A stretch of DNA of 48,116 nt from Planctomycetota bacterium (GTDB lineage Bacteria; Planctomycetota; PLA2; JAEUHO01), in contig CBDCTJ010000006.1 in assembly GCA_965222115.1 (NCBI GenBank), positions 1-48,116 of the forward strand, read 5' to 3'. The notes beneath the pieces are model-generated. The model ran no database searches and had not been told where the DNA came from. It saw nothing but the letters and a program-made list of their open reading frames with translations. Position numbers and translations under genes: made by a program. Position 1 is the stretch's first letter; every line of letters starts with the position of its first letter. Shown piece after piece: positions 45,453-48,116 of this stretch.

Positions 45453-45946
45453 TAAGTTCTCGACTTCTTTTTAGTATGCATACCTTTATACTCATCAAAT
45501 CTTTGAAAGTAGCGTCTAGTACCGTCTACTTTAGTCATAAAAGTTACTGCTTCTAGTCTTTTTTTCCTTCCTTTAACCATTCTTTCAGTTAGTTTATATT
45601 GTGCACTAGTTTCATCATCCATGTCACCAGACATGAAATCAGCCCAATCCATAGCGAAATTAGCTGCTACAGTATCAGCAAGTGCTTTTATAGCAGCGTA
45701 ATTATCATGATCGTGATTACTTTCGTAATCAGCAATCATTTCTTCAGCAACGTTTAAGTAGTTTCCGTCATCATCCAAAATGATTTCAAAAACTTCATCT
45801 CGTCCTATTGCACCAAATAAACGTCTAAACCATGTACGAATATCTTGATCTGCTAGGTTTCTAGCAGATATAAGCTCTTCGTCTGAAAGCTTACCACGAA
45901 TACGTCTAAGCCATTCGCGGTCTAGAGTTATTTCAGCAATAGGCAT
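45452..45946 (-). CDS. Probable head-tail adaptor
   Basis: Helical 164 aa protein in adaptor position. Confidence 0.55.
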   Translation of the reverse strand: MPIAEITLDREWLRRIRGKLSDEELISARNLADQDIRTWFRRLFGAIGRDEVFEIILDDDGNYLNVAEEMIADYESNHDHDNYAAIKALADTVAANFAMDWADFMSGDMDDETSAQYKLTERMVKGRKKRLEAVTFMTKVDGTRRYFQRFDEYKGMHTKKKSRT

Positions 45947-45948
45947 AT

Positions 45949-46518
45949 CTAAACCCCACTACCTCCTGCTGGCTGTGCGCCACCTGCTACACTTGCGATT
46001 TCATCAGCAGTAGGCTCATCACTAATAGCTCTACTACCACCTTCTGAGCGATTTTGTTGTTCTTCAATTAGTAAATCTTCTTGAGAAGCTACACCACCAG
46101 TACGAAGTGAAACGTTAGGACCAAGATCTGTACGATTTTCTTGAACTACTTCTTCAAAGCATGGACGATCAAATGGTGCTTCATGTGTAGATTGGTGACG
46201 AAAGCTTCCACCTACCATAGCAATACAAAATTTTTCCCATAGAAATGCTGCAACTTGTGCAGGCAATTCCATTTCTTGACCTTTTCTAAACACACGTTCA
46301 ACTCCGGCATACTTAGTGCGAAGAAGTTTGCGTTCAACCATTTTAGTGTAAGTTTCACCTGTATCTTTTTTGCGAAATCGCTTAGGTTCCATACCAGTGT
46401 AAACACACTTAAGAGTGTATGTCACACCTTTCTCAATAGCGCGTTGAATTAGTGCTTGCTTATGTGGCTCTGGAATTTTTTCCTTAATGTATTGAATACT
46501 GTGAAGTGCGTGTGGCAT
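45949..46518 (-). CDS. Hypothetical protein after the capsid gene
   Basis: 189 aa; GGAGG RBS. Confidence 0.75.
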   Translation of the reverse strand: MPHALHSIQYIKEKIPEPHKQALIQRAIEKGVTYTLKCVYTGMEPKRFRKKDTGETYTKMVERKLLRTKYAGVERVFRKGQEMELPAQVAAFLWEKFCIAMVGGSFRHQSTHEAPFDRPCFEEVVQENRTDLGPNVSLRTGGVASQEDLLIEEQQNRSEGGSRAISDEPTADEIASVAGGAQPAGGSGV

Positions 46519-46544
46519 ATTGACCTCCGGTTATCGTGCATGAC

Positions 46545-46572
46545 AAAATCCACCGACCTTTAAGATCGGTGG
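46545..46572 (-). terminator. Rho-independent terminator after the capsid gene
   Basis: CCACCGAUC-UUAAA-GGUCGGUGG then AUUUU. Confidence 0.8.
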
Positions 46573-46596
46573 AAACATTAGGATTCTTACTATTAG

Positions 46597-47538
46597 TTAT
46601 GCAACTTCTAGTAGAGTTCCTTGCTTGTAAGGGTCCTTGCATCGAAGTTGACTGTAATGCTTCATGAAAAACGTATCTACATCTTTCACTTTTGCGAGTT
46701 TCTCAGTAACAAAGTTACGAAGAATATAATACTCCCACCAACGCTCATCAACAAAGTCCATACGGTTAGCTGCATATCCTGGTACTTTAATTACAGGAAT
46801 ACCTTCAAACAACAAAGCTTGATAGCCACCGTTTAGAATTTGAATATTATCGTTGTATGATCTACGAGCATCATCCGTACCAATCAGCAACGTGCCGTAC
46901 GAATCCCACAAAGCATCGCCAGTCCAAATGGCACTAACACGACCTTTTCGCGGAAACGACTCAACAGTACGCTTTACATCACGCATAAGCGCCATAGTCA
47001 AAGTACGGTTACCACCACCAGCATTGTCATTACGATAGGAAGCCATAAGAGGCTGACCTGCTCGCGACACACCTGCATAAGTAGCAGTATCAGTACCATC
47101 ATCAATGGCAGCTGTAACACCTGTTAAGTCTTTACCACTATTCCCAGTTCCATCACCGAGAAGTTGGGTGTTAATTTCTTCTTGAAGATCTGGTAGCGCT
47201 TCTTCAAGTTCATTTTGCAAAAGGTCTACTACAAATCCTTCACCAGCAGAAATAGCTTGAGCGAGCCCAGATACTTCTACAAGGATTTTATTAAGCTTCC
47301 AAGGAAGCTCAGCAGTAATGTAACCCTGCATTCCAGCGGTCCCGAGATTATCGAGTTCGCCGTATGAACCACGAGAATTATTACCAGAGGTATGTACCCG
47401 CCACTTAATAGTTTTTGCAGTTGATCCTTTAACGCGAATGCGACTCAACAGCCATGTATTACGTTGTAGAACTTCTGCAAATACGGGGTCAAAGACCTCG
47501 TTAATAAGTGCGGGAATGGCATCAATCGTGACCGTCAT
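46597..47538 (-). CDS. Major capsid protein (HK97 fold)
   Basis: 313 aa; LLGDGTGNSGKDLTG, FEGIPVI, QLRCKDPYKQG motifs; GGAGG RBS; follows the scaffold, followed by a terminator. Confidence 0.92.
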   Translation of the reverse strand: MTVTIDAIPALINEVFDPVFAEVLQRNTWLLSRIRVKGSTAKTIKWRVHTSGNNSRGSYGELDNLGTAGMQGYITAELPWKLNKILVEVSGLAQAISAGEGFVVDLLQNELEEALPDLQEEINTQLLGDGTGNSGKDLTGVTAAIDDGTDTATYAGVSRAGQPLMASYRNDNAGGGNRTLTMALMRDVKRTVESFPRKGRVSAIWTGDALWDSYGTLLIGTDDARRSYNDNIQILNGGYQALLFEGIPVIKVPGYAANRMDFVDERWWEYYILRNFVTEKLAKVKDVDTFFMKHYSQLRCKDPYKQGTLLEVA

Positions 47539-47557
47539 AGGTCAACCTCCGTGACAC

Positions 47558-48116
47558 CTAACTACCTGCTAATTTTTCTCTTAGTCTTGCACCCGCGTTA
47601 TTGAACAAATCACCATGACTAGCAGCTGATCCATCGCTGGAAGACACACCTGAAGGCAAGTGACCCACTTCCTTACTACCAGAATGGATAACGCCTTTAG
47701 GAAGTTTAGATCCGTCGGCATTACTACCCGGTTCTGGTTCAGAAGCGGGATCACTAGCTGAAGATGCACCAGCACCTGCTGGAATACTTGATTTCTTCAA
47801 ATATGGAGCTTCAGACTCAAGAAAAGCATTAACACCAGTTTCGGCGTCTATCCATTCCGTTGTCTTGTTTCCATCGCGCTCGACTTCCGATTTAATCTCA
47901 ACAACGTACTCACCCGTAGATTCGCCGTTATTGGTGATCTCACGTAACCGCGTACGTTTATTGCCAAGCAACTGGTGAACAGCAGTGGGATCGATTGCAC
48001 CAGCCTTCGCAGCTGCAGTTCCGATCGCCCTATTGATCCGTTCAGCATTGACCTGTTGGCGCAATGTCTTGCTACTTTTCTCAGCAGTGGCAAATTTTTC
48101 GTTTGCGGTATCGCGT
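47558..48116 (-). CDS. Capsid scaffolding protein, C-terminal part
   Basis: Frame open to the window end; AAAKAGAIDPTAV and PYLKK...GAGAS motifs. Confidence 0.85.
   Translation of the reverse strand, partial: RDTANEKFATAEKSSKTLRQQVNAERINRAIGTAAAKAGAIDPTAVHQLLGNKRTRLREITNNGESTGEYVVEIKSEVERDGNKTTEWIDAETGVNAFLESEAPYLKKSSIPAGAGASSASDPASEPEPGSNADGSKLPKGVIHSGSKEVGHLPSGVSSSDGSAASHGDLFNNAGARLREKLAGS

Noticed and set aside
1-48116. tRNA genes, integrase, CI-like repressor
   Set aside because: No cloverleaf with T-loop consensus in intergenic gaps; no recombinase or CI-like motifs recognised.

Overview
The window is very probably a complete ~48.1 kb genome of a tailed dsDNA bacteriophage (siphovirus-type) assembled as a circle: the capsid scaffold gene starts at 239 (- strand) and continues in frame at 48116. 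Almost all genes are on the - strand. Modules: head (GpA-type terminase, portal, decoration, scaffold, major capsid), non-contractile tail, a putative lysis cassette, replication/recombination (SNF2 helicase, PD-(D/E)XK nuclease, Sak4-like ATPase, SSB, DnaG-MCM primase-helicase, family A polymerase, RuvC-like resolvase), nucleotide enzymes and many small unknown genes. I recognised no integrase, CI-like repressor, tRNA, CRISPR array or peptidoglycan hydrolase. Most notable: (1) a lysis-position cassette of two lipoproteins, a Nal1-like trypsin-fold protease and two holin/spanin-like membrane proteins with no recognisable endolysin; (2) a cytosine-type thymidylate-synthase homologue with dCMP deaminase, kinase and NTP pyrophosphatase, suggesting a modified base; (3) a fibre module with a 24 x 24-aa repeat protein inserted between terS and terL; (4) several structured non-coding elements (pseudoknot before the tail chaperone, a four-hairpin element, a covarying leader hairpin, an IHF-like site cluster); (5) five +1 frameshifts in tail genes, most likely sequencing errors. 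All calls come from motif recognition by eye, without database searches.
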